Source: Sedimentibacter sp. (GTDB lineage Bacteria > Bacillota > Clostridia > Tissierellales > Sedimentibacteraceae). Taken from it: a stretch of 64,000 nt of DNA. The DNA is taken from NCBI RefSeq assembly GCF_033447055.1, contig NZ_JAWQJF010000061.1:21780-85779 (forward strand), given 5' to 3'. Below, piece by piece: positions 1 through 10,042 of this stretch (its first letter is position 1; every line of letters begins with the position of its first letter). Below the pieces are notes generated by a model. That model ran no database searches and was not told where the DNA came from. It was given only the letters and a program-made list of their open reading frames with translations. The position numbers and the translations under genes are program-made.

Positions 1-1275
1 GAAATAAAAGATTTACTTTCATTATATATTGATGATGAATTAGATGAAGAGGAAAGACTTTTAGTTGAAGAACACTTAAAAAAGTGCGAAGATTGTCAAA
101 AAGAGCTTGAAGAATATAAGAAAATTATAAATGTGTTGAAAAATACACCTGATGCAGAACCACCTGTTGGCTATTGCAAAAGGCTTCACGAAAAACTTTT
201 GATTGCTGAAGCCGCTAAGCTAGTTTCTGACGATGAAGTTTCAAAGAATATAGTAAATGCTGACGTTCCTAAGAAAACAACAAACAACAAGTTCAAGTGG
301 GTTAAATACGGAGGACTGGCTGCCGCATTGGTTTTAGTGTTTGTGGTGTATGGCTTTAATAATTTAAGAATGGGTAATTCTAAATCTGAAGAAATTGCTT
401 ATGATAATAACTTAGCAGCTCCTGCAACAGAAGCTCAATATGCACCAGCTGAAGCAGACAATGGCAACTATGAATATTCTATTGCAGCTGAAGAAAAAGG
501 AAAGTCTATCATGGGTGTTGACACATATGGAGTTGAAGATTCAGCAGCCTATGGGTTAATTCAAGATTCAACAAGGGAAATGAAAGTAATCAAGACAGGC
601 AGCATTTCCGTTGAAACAAATGATTATGAAAGATTTTTGGATGAACTTACAGCCAAAGTACAATCCGTGGGAGGCTTTTTAGAAAGCAATAACACGGAAG
701 TATATCAAGTATACGAAAATGAAAAATTAATGCATGGAAATATGATACTTCGTGTACCTGAAGAGAATTTTTATGGGTTAGTAGCTTATTTAGAAGAATC
801 TAGTGAAGTAAGAAGAAAAAACATTAATGAAACTGATGTTACTAAAGAATATTATGAAAAAGACAATAAAGTGAAAAATCTTGAAGCACAAGAAGAACAT
901 TTAAGAACATTGTATGAAAAAGCTTTGACTGTTGAAGAAATGCTTCTTATTGAAAGCGAACTTACAAGAGTAAGGACTGGAATTGATGCTCTTAACATAA
1001 GCTTAAGTGACATAGATGACAGAGCATCAATGTCAACTTTGAATTTAGAAGTTCAAGAGGTGCTTACAGCTAATTTTGAAATAACCGATCAGGACAGTGT
1101 GTGGCAAAGAGCTAAAGAAGGCTTTATTAACACTGTAAATAAAGTTTTAAGAACAGTTGAAAATCTTTTGATATATATTGTTTCAATAGCTCCTGTATTA
1201 ATTCCGGTTATAATTATTTTTATAATATTATTGGTTAAATTTAACAAGTACAGGAAAAGTAAAAATAAATTATAG
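1..1275 (+). CDS. Anti-sigma factor: zf-HC2 N-terminus, TM segment and DUF4349-like extracytoplasmic domain. The 5' end lies outside the window.
   Basis: Frame 1 is open from nt 1 and reads EIKDLLSLYIDDELDEEERLLVEEHLKKCEDCQKELEEY (H-x3-C-x2-C) ahead of the track Met at 133. There is a TM span WVKYGGLAAALVLVFVVYGF and a second C-terminal TM. The central region resembles DUF4349 from memory. Confidence 0.75.
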   Translation, partial: EIKDLLSLYIDDELDEEERLLVEEHLKKCEDCQKELEEYKKIINVLKNTPDAEPPVGYCKRLHEKLLIAEAAKLVSDDEVSKNIVNADVPKKTTNNKFKWVKYGGLAAALVLVFVVYGFNNLRMGNSKSEEIAYDNNLAAPATEAQYAPAEADNGNYEYSIAAEEKGKSIMGVDTYGVEDSAAYGLIQDSTREMKVIKTGSISVETNDYERFLDELTAKVQSVGGFLESNNTEVYQVYENEKLMHGNMILRVPEENFYGLVAYLEESSEVRRKNINETDVTKEYYEKDNKVKNLEAQEEHLRTLYEKALTVEEMLLIESELTRVRTGIDALNISLSDIDDRASMSTLNLEVQEVLTANFEITDQDSVWQRAKEGFINTVNKVLRTVENLLIYIVSIAPVLIPVIIIFIILLVKFNKYRKSKNKL

Positions 1276-1293
1276 GGCGTAAGCCCTTTTTTT
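1274..1293 (+). terminator. Short intrinsic terminator after the anti-sigma gene
   Basis: A 5-bp GC-rich hairpin (agggc gtaa gccct) overlaps the stop codon and is followed by a T7 run at 1287-1293. Confidence 0.45.
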
Positions 1294-1408
1294 ATGCCCT
1301 AACCCCATTTTTTAGAGTTTTTTTCTAAAAAATGGCAGGTAGGTCAAACGCAACGAAATCCAAATTTACGTGAGCGGTAGCGAACGAATAAATTTGTGAT
1401 TGAGACTG
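1294..1408 (+). repeat. Intergenic structured repeat, copy 1 (second copy at 52404-52517)
   Basis: ATGCCCTAACCCCATTTTTTAGAG...GATTGAGACTG recurs 51 kb away in the same orientation. My hand alignment gives 7 substitutions and one 1-nt indel. It contains a 12-bp hairpin (1305-1316/1324-1335) and a long imperfect hairpin (1361-1396). Confidence 0.85.
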
Positions 1409-1561
1409 CGCTATTTTTTGAGTACTGAATATGGTACATATTTTGCGATAGACTTAATAAGTGATAATGATGGTGCAAATTTGCAAATACATAAATAATT
1501 ATTTATGATTTGTTATCAGTATGATATAATAAAAGCATAAAATGATGAAAAGAGGCAAAAT

Positions 1562-2578
1562 ATGAGTCAGGCTAGTATTGGAGACATGTTAAACGATAAA
1601 GCTAGGGAACAAATGATAAGCATGTCAAATAATAATAAAAACATATCAGATCTTAAGGCGGGGGAGAAGACCGACGGTTTTTATTTGATTAAAAGTTTCG
1701 AAGTTAAGAAAACAACAAATGGAAAGCAATATATAGATATTGATTTGGTAGATAAAACTGGTGAAATAAATGCAAAAGTTTGGGATTATTCAAAGGAAAT
1801 TGAAACAATAGTTGCAGAAAACAGCATTGTTAAGGTAAGAGGAGAAGTTCTTGAATGGAACGGAACGAAGCAGTTGAAAATAAATAAAGTAAGAGGAAAG
1901 CTTCAAGATGATGTTATTAAAATTAATGATCTCATACCGTCAGCTCCTATAGAACCTACAGAAATGCTTTCTGAAGTTAAATCATATGCAAAGAAAATAA
2001 AGGATGCAGAAATAAAATTATTAGTTGAAAATATAATGAAGAAATTCAATAGCAAACTTATTTATTATCCTGCTGCAAAGAAAAATCATCATTCTTACAT
2101 GGGCGGTCTTTTGTATCACACTTTACGCATGCTCAGGTCCGGAGAAAAACTCGGTCAGGTATATGAATACTTGAAAATGGATTATGTTTATGCGGGGGTG
2201 ATTCTTCATGATATTTGTAAAATAATTGAGATGGATTCTGATGAATATGGAGTTGTGTCTGATTACACAATGGAAGGTAAATTGCTCGGTCATATTATTC
2301 AAGGAATCAAGGAAATTGAAATTGAAGGAGATAAAATAGGGCTCAACAGGGAGAAAAGTATAATTTTACAGCACATGGTTTTATCCCATCATTATGAACC
2401 TGAATTTGGTAGCCCTAAAAAGCCTATGACACCTGAGGCTGAACTGTTGCATTTTCTTGATATAATTGATGCGAGAATGTATGACTTTGAACATGCGCTG
2501 GATATTGTTGAACCTGGTCAGTTTTCTGATAAAATATGGCTACTGGATAATAGAAATCTTTATAAACCAACAGAATAA
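1562..2578 (+). CDS. yhaM: 3'-5' exoribonuclease, YhaM family (OB fold plus HD domain)
   Basis: 338 aa. An N-terminal OB-like segment is followed by HD-type motifs (LYHTLRM, ILHDICK, LSHHYE). RBS aaagaggc lies upstream of the ATG. Confidence 0.8.
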   Translation: MSQASIGDMLNDKAREQMISMSNNNKNISDLKAGEKTDGFYLIKSFEVKKTTNGKQYIDIDLVDKTGEINAKVWDYSKEIETIVAENSIVKVRGEVLEWNGTKQLKINKVRGKLQDDVIKINDLIPSAPIEPTEMLSEVKSYAKKIKDAEIKLLVENIMKKFNSKLIYYPAAKKNHHSYMGGLLYHTLRMLRSGEKLGQVYEYLKMDYVYAGVILHDICKIIEMDSDEYGVVSDYTMEGKLLGHIIQGIKEIEIEGDKIGLNREKSIILQHMVLSHHYEPEFGSPKKPMTPEAELLHFLDIIDARMYDFEHALDIVEPGQFSDKIWLLDNRNLYKPTE

Positions 2579-2650
2579 TATATAGAACGGTAATTTAGCA
2601 TGGATAAAGAATTCTTTATCTATGTTAAATTTATTGTTATTGGAGGGCCT

Positions 2651-5600
2651 ATGGGATTTAAAATTGTTGCTGGACGTGCTAAGACCGGAAAATCAACATA
2701 TATATATGATGAGATATATGAAGAAATCAAATTAAATAAAAAAGTTAATTTAATACTCATTGTACCTGAACAAATGACATATCAAGCTGAATATGAAATT
2801 ATCGACAGGATAAGAGACTATGGGATAATGTCTGCTGAAATATTGAGTTTCAAACGATTAGGCTATAAAGTATTTGAAGAAGTTGGTGGATTAAAGGTTC
2901 AGGAAATCAATAAATATGGCAAAATAATGCTGTTGAAAAAGGTTTTTGAAGAAAATATGGATAGTTTGAGACTTTTTAAAAAAGTTTCAATGCAAGATGG
3001 TTTTCTTAGAGAATTCGATGAATTAATCAGTGAATTAAAACAAAATTGCATCAGTGTAGAGTATCTTCAGCAAATTTTGAAATATAAAATAAGTGACAAG
3101 CAAGACCATCTGCTCAATACAAAACTCGAAGATATAATTACCATATACAGTGAAATAAACAAAAATACCAAAGATAAGTTTTTCGATGAAGAAGATAAAA
3201 TGGACTTATTTATTTCTGCTGTCGCTAAATCAGATTATATAAGAAATTCAATAATATGGATTGACGGTTTCGAGAGTTTCAATGGGCAAAGACAAAGACT
3301 TATTAAGGAACTTGTAAAGCATGCAAAGCATGTAACATTATCTTTGAATATTGATGCTGTATCTTTAAAAAATCTCAAAAATTCAGATGATTGGGAAGCT
3401 TTTAAAATAGTGCATGATACATACAAATCGTTAACTGAAGATATTGAATGTGATGTAAATATTGTTCCTGTAGAATTTAATCAGTTCAGCCATGAAATGA
3501 AGACAATAGAAAAAAATATGTTTTCCATCAGTACTGAAGAATTTAGCCGTGACACAGAAGTTATTCAAATATTTTCATCTCTTAATGCATACACAGAAAC
3601 AGAAAAAACAGCATCTGAAATTATTTCTCTTGTAAGAGATTGTGGATACAGATGGAAGGATATTGCTGTTGCTGTAGGAGATATAGATAACTACAGCATT
3701 AATATTAAAAAGGTTTTTACTCAATACGAGATACCATTTTTTTTGGACAAGAAAAGAGACATTGCAGGAAACCCTCTTACAAAGTTTATTTTGTCCTTAC
3801 TTGACATGTTTGTTTTTAATTTTAAACATGACAGTGTATTTGAATTTCTTAAAACAGGATTTTCTCCATTGAATTATGATGAAGTGAGCAGGTTGGAGAA
3901 TTTTGCTCTTCAATATGGAATTGAGGGTGAAAAATGGTTTAGACCATTTAAATTTAATTCAGATGGAATTGATTATTTCAATAAATTAAGAGAAAAGTTT
4001 GCAAGTAATTTAAAAGAAGAAAGAAAGAAATTCAAAAAATTAAATAATGCACTTGATATAACATTATTTTTATTTAGTTTCTTGAAGGAGTATAAAGTAC
4101 AGGAAAAAATCGAAAAACAAGTGAGCGTATTCAAAAAATCTGAATTGTACGAGCTGTCTAGTGAAAATGCTCAGGTATGGAATTATGTAATAGAAATATT
4201 AGAACAAATAATTTTAACAGGCTCAGATATTTTAATAACTCCTTATGAATACAAGAAAATGATAGAAGCAGGATTTGACGAAGTAAAAATAAGTATCATA
4301 CCTCCAACATTGGACAAAGTTACTGTCGGAGAAATTGATAAAATTTCTTTGAAGTCATATAAAGCAGTATTTGTTATGGGAGCAAATGAAGGAAAAATTG
4401 ATTCGAAAAATAACGAAAAAGGGCTGCTCCTTGATGATGAAAGAGATATTCTTTTGAAAAATGGAATTAAAATATTAAAAAATTCAGATTATTATTTATT
4501 TAAGGAAAAACATTTGTTGTATAAAGTGTTCTCAAGTTCAACAGAAAAGTTTTTTATGAGTTACGCTCTTGGTACAACTGAAGGAAAGGCTTTACAGCCT
4601 TCCATGTATGTGGAAAGACTTAAGGAAATATTTCCAAATGTAATGGAAAAATCTGATTTAAGCGACGTTTTGGAGATAAGCAAAGTATCAAATCATAAAG
4701 GTACCATTGACTTCTTTGTTTCAAATATGAGGGATTACACAGAAGGAAGAGAAATAGATTCAATTTGGAAAGATGTATATAAGTGGTATGATAAAAACGA
4801 CAAAGATGTTTCCTATATTGTAAAGCAAGGTTTGTGCTATGATAACAAAGCAGAAAATATTAACAAAGAGAATCTGAAACAAATATACCAGCTGCCTGTA
4901 ACCATGTCAGTATCAAGACTTGAAAGTTTTGCTTCTTGTCCATTTAAGTTTTTTATGGAAAATATTATTAAACCTGAACCGAGGTTAGTTCAAAAAGTAG
5001 AATTTTATGACCTGGGAAATATTTATCATCAGGCGGTTGAAAAATTTACCAATGAAATAACAGCTTCTGAAATAAATATTATGAATTTGGATATTGACAG
5101 TGTTAATGCATTGGCTGAAATGTGCACTGAAAAGGTATTGGTTGAAGGAGAACTGGATTATTCAGCTTTAGATGCAAATGAACGAAACAAATATATGAAA
5201 GAAAAAATAAAGAGGCTTGTGAACAGGGCTGCAAACACAATTGTTAAGCAGCTTAAAAAAGGAAACTTCAGACCTGAATTTACTGAGCTTGTAATTGGAA
5301 ATAAAAATGGAGAACTGACTATCGAACCGGTTGAAATAAAGCTCGATGACGATATGAGCATCTATTTCCAAGGAAGGATTGACAGAGTTGATACTTTAAA
5401 ATGTCAAGATAAGTCATATATAAATATTATTGATTACAAATCTTCATATAAGGATATTGACTTATCAGATGCAGTTCAAGGGCTACAGTTGCAGCTTTTT
5501 GTTTATATGTCCGCTATTATTAAAAATGGTAAAAAATTATTGTTATCTCAACCTGAAATTGGAGGAGCATATTATTTTTGCATTGATGATCCAATGATAG

Positions 5601-6049
5601 ATGGGGATACATTATCGGATTCTGCAGTTGAAGATGAAATATTCAATAAGCTTTCATTAAAAGGGTATATTTTAGAAGATGCAGAAATTATAAATAATAT
5701 GGATAATGAAATAAATGAGAAAAAATCATCAGATATAATTCCTGTAACGTTCAATAAAGACGGCAGTACTTCAAAATTTTCAAAAACATTGACTGCAAAT
5801 GAATACAAAGCTCTTTTAAATAAAACAGACAGGGTTGCCAAGGAAATTGCGGAGAAGATAATTCATGGCAACATTGACATTCAGCCATATAGAAAAGATG
5901 CAGGAAATAAAACTCCATGTTCTTACTGCGATTTCAAAGGTGTTTGTCAGTTTGACACATCTGTTGACAAAAATAATTACAGAAGGATTAAAAAACTTAA
6001 AAAAGATGATATTTTGCTTGAGATTATGAAAGAAGGCGGTGAGCAGTAA
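2651..6049 (+). CDS. addB: ATP-dependent helicase/deoxyribonuclease subunit B (AddB/RexB)
   Basis: Walker A GRAKTGKST, a RecB-type nuclease segment (IIDYKSS) and a C-terminal Cys cluster (CSYCDFKGVC). I moved the start to ATG 2651, which follows GGAGGG; the track start at 2600 has no RBS. The stop overlaps the addA start (TAATG at 6047-6051). Confidence 0.93.
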   Translation: MGFKIVAGRAKTGKSTYIYDEIYEEIKLNKKVNLILIVPEQMTYQAEYEIIDRIRDYGIMSAEILSFKRLGYKVFEEVGGLKVQEINKYGKIMLLKKVFEENMDSLRLFKKVSMQDGFLREFDELISELKQNCISVEYLQQILKYKISDKQDHLLNTKLEDIITIYSEINKNTKDKFFDEEDKMDLFISAVAKSDYIRNSIIWIDGFESFNGQRQRLIKELVKHAKHVTLSLNIDAVSLKNLKNSDDWEAFKIVHDTYKSLTEDIECDVNIVPVEFNQFSHEMKTIEKNMFSISTEEFSRDTEVIQIFSSLNAYTETEKTASEIISLVRDCGYRWKDIAVAVGDIDNYSINIKKVFTQYEIPFFLDKKRDIAGNPLTKFILSLLDMFVFNFKHDSVFEFLKTGFSPLNYDEVSRLENFALQYGIEGEKWFRPFKFNSDGIDYFNKLREKFASNLKEERKKFKKLNNALDITLFLFSFLKEYKVQEKIEKQVSVFKKSELYELSSENAQVWNYVIEILEQIILTGSDILITPYEYKKMIEAGFDEVKISIIPPTLDKVTVGEIDKISLKSYKAVFVMGANEGKIDSKNNEKGLLLDDERDILLKNGIKILKNSDYYLFKEKHLLYKVFSSSTEKFFMSYALGTTEGKALQPSMYVERLKEIFPNVMEKSDLSDVLEISKVSNHKGTIDFFVSNMRDYTEGREIDSIWKDVYKWYDKNDKDVSYIVKQGLCYDNKAENINKENLKQIYQLPVTMSVSRLESFASCPFKFFMENIIKPEPRLVQKVEFYDLGNIYHQAVEKFTNEITASEINIMNLDIDSVNALAEMCTEKVLVEGELDYSALDANERNKYMKEKIKRLVNRAANTIVKQLKKGNFRPEFTELVIGNKNGELTIEPVEIKLDDDMSIYFQGRIDRVDTLKCQDKSYINIIDYKSSYKDIDLSDAVQGLQLQLFVYMSAIIKNGKKLLLSQPEIGGAYYFCIDDPMIDGDTLSDSAVEDEIFNKLSLKGYILEDAEIINNMDNEINEKKSSDIIPVTFNKDGSTSKFSKTLTANEYKALLNKTDRVAKEIAEKIIHGNIDIQPYRKDAGNKTPCSYCDFKGVCQFDTSVDKNNYRRIKKLKKDDILLEIMKEGGEQ

Positions 6050-9000
6050 TGAAATTCAGTCCCAGTCAACAAGAAGTTATAGATATAAGGAACAAAAATA
6101 TATTGGTTTCAGCTGCTGCCGGATCCGGTAAGACCACGGTATTAGTAGAACGCATAATAAATTTAATTATCAATGAAAATGAAGATATAGATAAATTTTT
6201 AGTAGTCACTTTCACAAATGCAGCTGCAAGCGGAATGAAACAAAAAATTCATAGGTCTTTAATTAAAGCAGCACAGGAAAGTGAAAACAGGGACCATTTA
6301 AGGCGTCAGCTGAATCTTTTGTATAAAGCAAATATTTCAACAATACATTCATTTTGCATAGATGTTGTAAGAAAAAACTTTCATGTTATAGGAATTGACC
6401 CTAATTTTCGAATTGGTGATGTAAATGAAGTTGAAATATTGCTTAATGAATCAATTAATGAGGTTGTGGAAAAAGCATATGCTGGGAAGCCGGAAGGCTT
6501 CATTAGACTGGTGGAAAGTTTTACAAGCAACAGAGGAGACAGTGAACTCAATGATATTATCAAGGATGTTTACAAGTTTGTATTAAGTTTTCCGGACCCG
6601 CTGGATTGGCTTAAAAATTCTGTTGAAATGATGAATTTGTCTGAAGACGATTTAGGAAATTCAGTGTGGATTGAATCCGTTCGTGAAAACTCCGAGTTAT
6701 TTTTAGATGGTGCCTTCGAAGCGCTGTCATCAGCTATAGCACTTTGTAATGAAAGTGATGGGCCATATACATATGCTGATGCTGTTTCAGAAGACTTGAA
6801 CAATATAAATAATCTTAAAGTACTGGTTAAAAGTGACTTTGAGAAATTTATATATTTTTTGCACAATATAACTTTTTCTTCCCTCAAAGCTTTAAGAGGC
6901 AAAGCAAAAGATGAAGTGAACTTAGAAAAACAAGAAGATGTAAAATCATACAGAGAAGAGTACAAGAAAGTAATTTTAAATTTAAGAAAAATGGTTCCAA
7001 ACAGATTACTATCTGAGTTTGTGAATGATATTAAATATATGTACCAACCAATGAAAGCTTTGTACAATATTATTTATGAACTGAATGAAAATTTTAGAGT
7101 TAGAAAAATAGAAAAAGCTATTGCTGATTTTAACGATGTTGAGCATTATGCTCTTCAAATATTGAGGCAAATTGAAATAAGCGAAACATATAAAAATAAA
7201 TTTAAATATATTTTCATCGATGAGTATCAGGATAGCAACAGGCTGCAGGAAGAACTGTTAAGCCAACTTAAAAAGCAAGACAACTTGTTTATGGTTGGAG
7301 ATGTAAAACAGAGTATTTACAGATTCAGGCTTGCAGATCCAAGTATTTTTAATGAAAAGAGCAACAGCTATCCAAACATTGATGTAGCAGGATTGAACAG
7401 ACGTGTAGACTTGAATCAAAATTTCAGAAGCAGAAAAGAAATTTTATATGGGATTAATTATATATTTAATAATATTATGTCTGTGAACATAGGGGAAGTT
7501 GATTATAATGAAGATGTGTTTTTAAACAGTGGAGCAGTTTTTAAAGAAAGCGAAGATTGTTTTATTAAACTTAACATCATAGACAAAAATTCTTTAGAAT
7601 CAGAAGATTTAGATGAAGAAATAAAGTCTATGAAAACAGCGGAATTAGAAGCAATGATTGCTGTACAAAATATAAGGGAATTACTAAAAAAAGATAAGAA
7701 TGTTCCAATAAAAGAAAATAAAGAACCAGAAATAACTAAGACAGAAAAAATTCAATTTAAAGATATCGTAATTTTGATGAGGTCCGTTTCTTCATGGGCA
7801 GGTATTTTTGAAGAAATATTTAACAATGAAGGAATTCCATTTTATTTTGATGGGGGAGCAGGATATTTTGAAACAATTGAAATACAAGTTGTTTTAAATT
7901 TATTGAAAATAGTTGACAATATCAGGCAGGATGTACCACTGCTAAGTGTAATGAGGTCTCCCATAGGCAGCTTCACAACAGAAGATCTTGTGAGAATAAG
8001 GATTGTAAGCCCGAAATATAATTTTATTGATGCAGTTTATGAGTACAAAAACAAATGGGATGACAATCTTTCAAAAAAAATAAGTAACTTCATTGAAAAA
8101 GTTGAAAATTGGAAAAGCAGAAGCAGATACGCTCACTTGAATGATTTTATTTGGGAAATATTGATGGAAACAAATTATTATTATTTTGTTGGATTACTCG
8201 CTAAGGGCAACATGAGACAAGCTAATTTAAGGCTTTTGGCTGATAAAGCTTTCGAATTTGAAAAAACTTCCATGAGCGGATTGTTTAACTTTTTAAGATA
8301 CGTTGAAAAACTAAATGTATCATCAGGAGAAACAGGAAGTGCAAAAACATTGGGAGAAAATGATAATGTTGTAAGGCTCATGTCTGTTCATAAAAGCAAG
8401 GGTTTGGAATTCCCTGTTGTTATAATGTGTGGGCTTAACAAAAAGTTTAACAGAACTGATGTTGCAAAGAGTATTTTAAAGCACAGGGTTTATGGAATAG
8501 CTCCTAAATATATAAATCCGGATGAGCGAATTTACAGAGAAACATTTCCAAGAATGGCAGTTAAAAATGTAATTAAGGTTGAGAATCTATCTGAAGAAAT
8601 GCGTGTTCTTTACGTTTCAATGACAAGAGCAATCGACAGACTGATTTTGATAGGAACAGTTGATAACTTTGATAATAAAATCAAGAAGTGGCAGAAAAGT
8701 CCTTCGCTTTACAATATTTATATGGAAGAATCATACTTGGATTGGATATGCACATGCTTGTTCAGCGGAGATGATTCAAGCAAAATCACAGAAGCAGTTA
8801 ATAATAATGAGTTCATTTATAAAAAGAAATATAAAACAAATAGCAATACTTATTCAATAGATTGGAATATAGAAAGAATAACATTATCTCAAATAAGTTT
8901 AAAAAAACTGGAAGCTGTTAATTTGAAACAAGAAAAAGTCGATGAAATAATTAGATTTAAAAATCATGAAAACAGTGATTTAACAGATGAAATAATGAAA

Positions 9001-9684
9001 CGTTTAAGCTACGAATACGATTTTAAAAGTTCTGTAAATATTCCGACTAAACTTTCTGTTACTGATATAAAAATTTTAAAACAGGAGAGAATCGAAAGAA
9101 TAAAGTATAAAATACCTGTATTAAGGGATATCCCTCAGTTTAAAGAAGAAAATGAAAGTTTTACCAAAGCCGAAATAGGTACTATTGTGCATTTTGTTAT
9201 GCAGCACCTTAATATCAGCGGGAGTTTGACGACAGATAATATTTTAACTCAAATAAATACTATGGTAAATAAACAACTTCTTACTGAAAAAGAAGCGAGT
9301 GTTGTTGATGTGAATATGATAAATGAATTTTTCAAAACTCCTGTGGGAAAAAGAATGAAATCATCCCCTGTTGTAAAAAGAGAAGTTCCTTTTGTAATTA
9401 AAAAGAAAGCAAATGAAATAATTAATACATTAAACAACAATGATATAATTTTAGTTCAAGGAATCATTGATTGCTTTTTCTATGAAGATGATGAAATAGT
9501 GATTATTGATTATAAAACAGATGAAATAATTGACGGGGACGTAGAGCTGGTAAAGAAAGAATACAGTTCACAAATTCTGTCCTACAAGGAAGCAATAGAG
9601 AAAATAACAAATAAAAAGGTTAAAGATTGTTTCTTATACTTATTTGATATAGGAAAAGCGGTAGCCATCTTTCATAAAAAATGA
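6049..9684 (+). CDS. addA: ATP-dependent helicase/nuclease subunit A (AddA)
   Basis: Walker A AAAGSGKTT, UvrD-type motifs (FIDEYQDSN, VGDVKQSIYRFR) and a C-terminal RecB nuclease motif (GIIDCFF...IIDYKTD). Confidence 0.95.
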   Translation: MKFSPSQQEVIDIRNKNILVSAAAGSGKTTVLVERIINLIINENEDIDKFLVVTFTNAAASGMKQKIHRSLIKAAQESENRDHLRRQLNLLYKANISTIHSFCIDVVRKNFHVIGIDPNFRIGDVNEVEILLNESINEVVEKAYAGKPEGFIRLVESFTSNRGDSELNDIIKDVYKFVLSFPDPLDWLKNSVEMMNLSEDDLGNSVWIESVRENSELFLDGAFEALSSAIALCNESDGPYTYADAVSEDLNNINNLKVLVKSDFEKFIYFLHNITFSSLKALRGKAKDEVNLEKQEDVKSYREEYKKVILNLRKMVPNRLLSEFVNDIKYMYQPMKALYNIIYELNENFRVRKIEKAIADFNDVEHYALQILRQIEISETYKNKFKYIFIDEYQDSNRLQEELLSQLKKQDNLFMVGDVKQSIYRFRLADPSIFNEKSNSYPNIDVAGLNRRVDLNQNFRSRKEILYGINYIFNNIMSVNIGEVDYNEDVFLNSGAVFKESEDCFIKLNIIDKNSLESEDLDEEIKSMKTAELEAMIAVQNIRELLKKDKNVPIKENKEPEITKTEKIQFKDIVILMRSVSSWAGIFEEIFNNEGIPFYFDGGAGYFETIEIQVVLNLLKIVDNIRQDVPLLSVMRSPIGSFTTEDLVRIRIVSPKYNFIDAVYEYKNKWDDNLSKKISNFIEKVENWKSRSRYAHLNDFIWEILMETNYYYFVGLLAKGNMRQANLRLLADKAFEFEKTSMSGLFNFLRYVEKLNVSSGETGSAKTLGENDNVVRLMSVHKSKGLEFPVVIMCGLNKKFNRTDVAKSILKHRVYGIAPKYINPDERIYRETFPRMAVKNVIKVENLSEEMRVLYVSMTRAIDRLILIGTVDNFDNKIKKWQKSPSLYNIYMEESYLDWICTCLFSGDDSSKITEAVNNNEFIYKKKYKTNSNTYSIDWNIERITLSQISLKKLEAVNLKQEKVDEIIRFKNHENSDLTDEIMKRLSYEYDFKSSVNIPTKLSVTDIKILKQERIERIKYKIPVLRDIPQFKEENESFTKAEIGTIVHFVMQHLNISGSLTTDNILTQINTMVNKQLLTEKEASVVDVNMINEFFKTPVGKRMKSSPVVKREVPFVIKKKANEIINTLNNNDIILVQGIIDCFFYEDDEIVIIDYKTDEIIDGDVELVKKEYSSQILSYKEAIEKITNKKVKDCFLYLFDIGKAVAIFHKK

Positions 9685-9726
9685 CAGTAGGGACAATCTT
9701 CCTCAACTGTCATAGTTTTTGATTTT
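9681..9726. terminator. Bidirectional terminator between addA and tlp
   Basis: The stem is atgacagt / actgtcat (9681-9688 / 9706-9713). It has an A-run upstream and tttttgattttt downstream. Confidence 0.6.
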
Positions 9727-9737
9727 TATTCTATTGA

Positions 9738-9977
9738 CTATTTTAAATTATTTTTAATGTTATTTTCTTTATCATATTCGTTTTCAATATCTTGTTTCAT
9801 GTTTCTGAGAGATTGTTCTCTTCTGAAGTTTTTAAGCTCAAGTTCTGTCTTTAAAACTTCATCATCGACTTGATTTGCTAATTTTTCTGTTTGCCTGTAA
9901 TTGAATTCTGTATTTTCAATATCATTTTTCATTTTATTTATTGTATCTCTTTTATCCTCTGAATTGTGCTTTGACAT
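9738..9977 (-). CDS. tlp: Small acid-soluble spore protein, Tlp-like
   Basis: 79 aa, highly charged. The segment FRREQSLRNMKQDIENE parallels the ARREQSIEAFRNEIKDE region of B. subtilis Tlp (from memory). RBS gaaggag. Confidence 0.6.
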   Translation of the reverse strand: MSKHNSEDKRDTINKMKNDIENTEFNYRQTEKLANQVDDEVLKTELELKNFRREQSLRNMKQDIENEYDKENNIKNNLK

Positions 9978-10006
9978 AAATATCTCCTTCTTTTTCTATA
10001 TATAAA

Positions 10007-10035
10007 TATTATGTCATAAATTATTCATAAAATTC
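10007..10035 (-). promoter_or_regulatory. Candidate forespore (sigma-G/F-like) promoter for tlp
   Basis: The minus strand reads GAATT-17 nt-CATAATA. The -10 matches CATnnTA; the -35 only partly matches GHATR. It lies about 30 nt upstream of the start codon. Confidence 0.3.
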
Positions 10036-10042
10036 ATTGTTT

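Noticed and set aside
1297-1306. CCCTAACCCC, a telomere-repeat-like string
   Set aside because: It is a single short occurrence inside the repeat element and has no tandem array. Coincidental.
1332-1373. A 13-codon mini-ORF inside the repeat (MAGRSNATKSKFT in copy 1; MVGRSNATKSKFM in copy 2)
   Set aside because: It has no RBS. The two differences inside the mini-ORF are both non-synonymous, while the stem regions are what is conserved. This favours an RNA/DNA-level element over a peptide.
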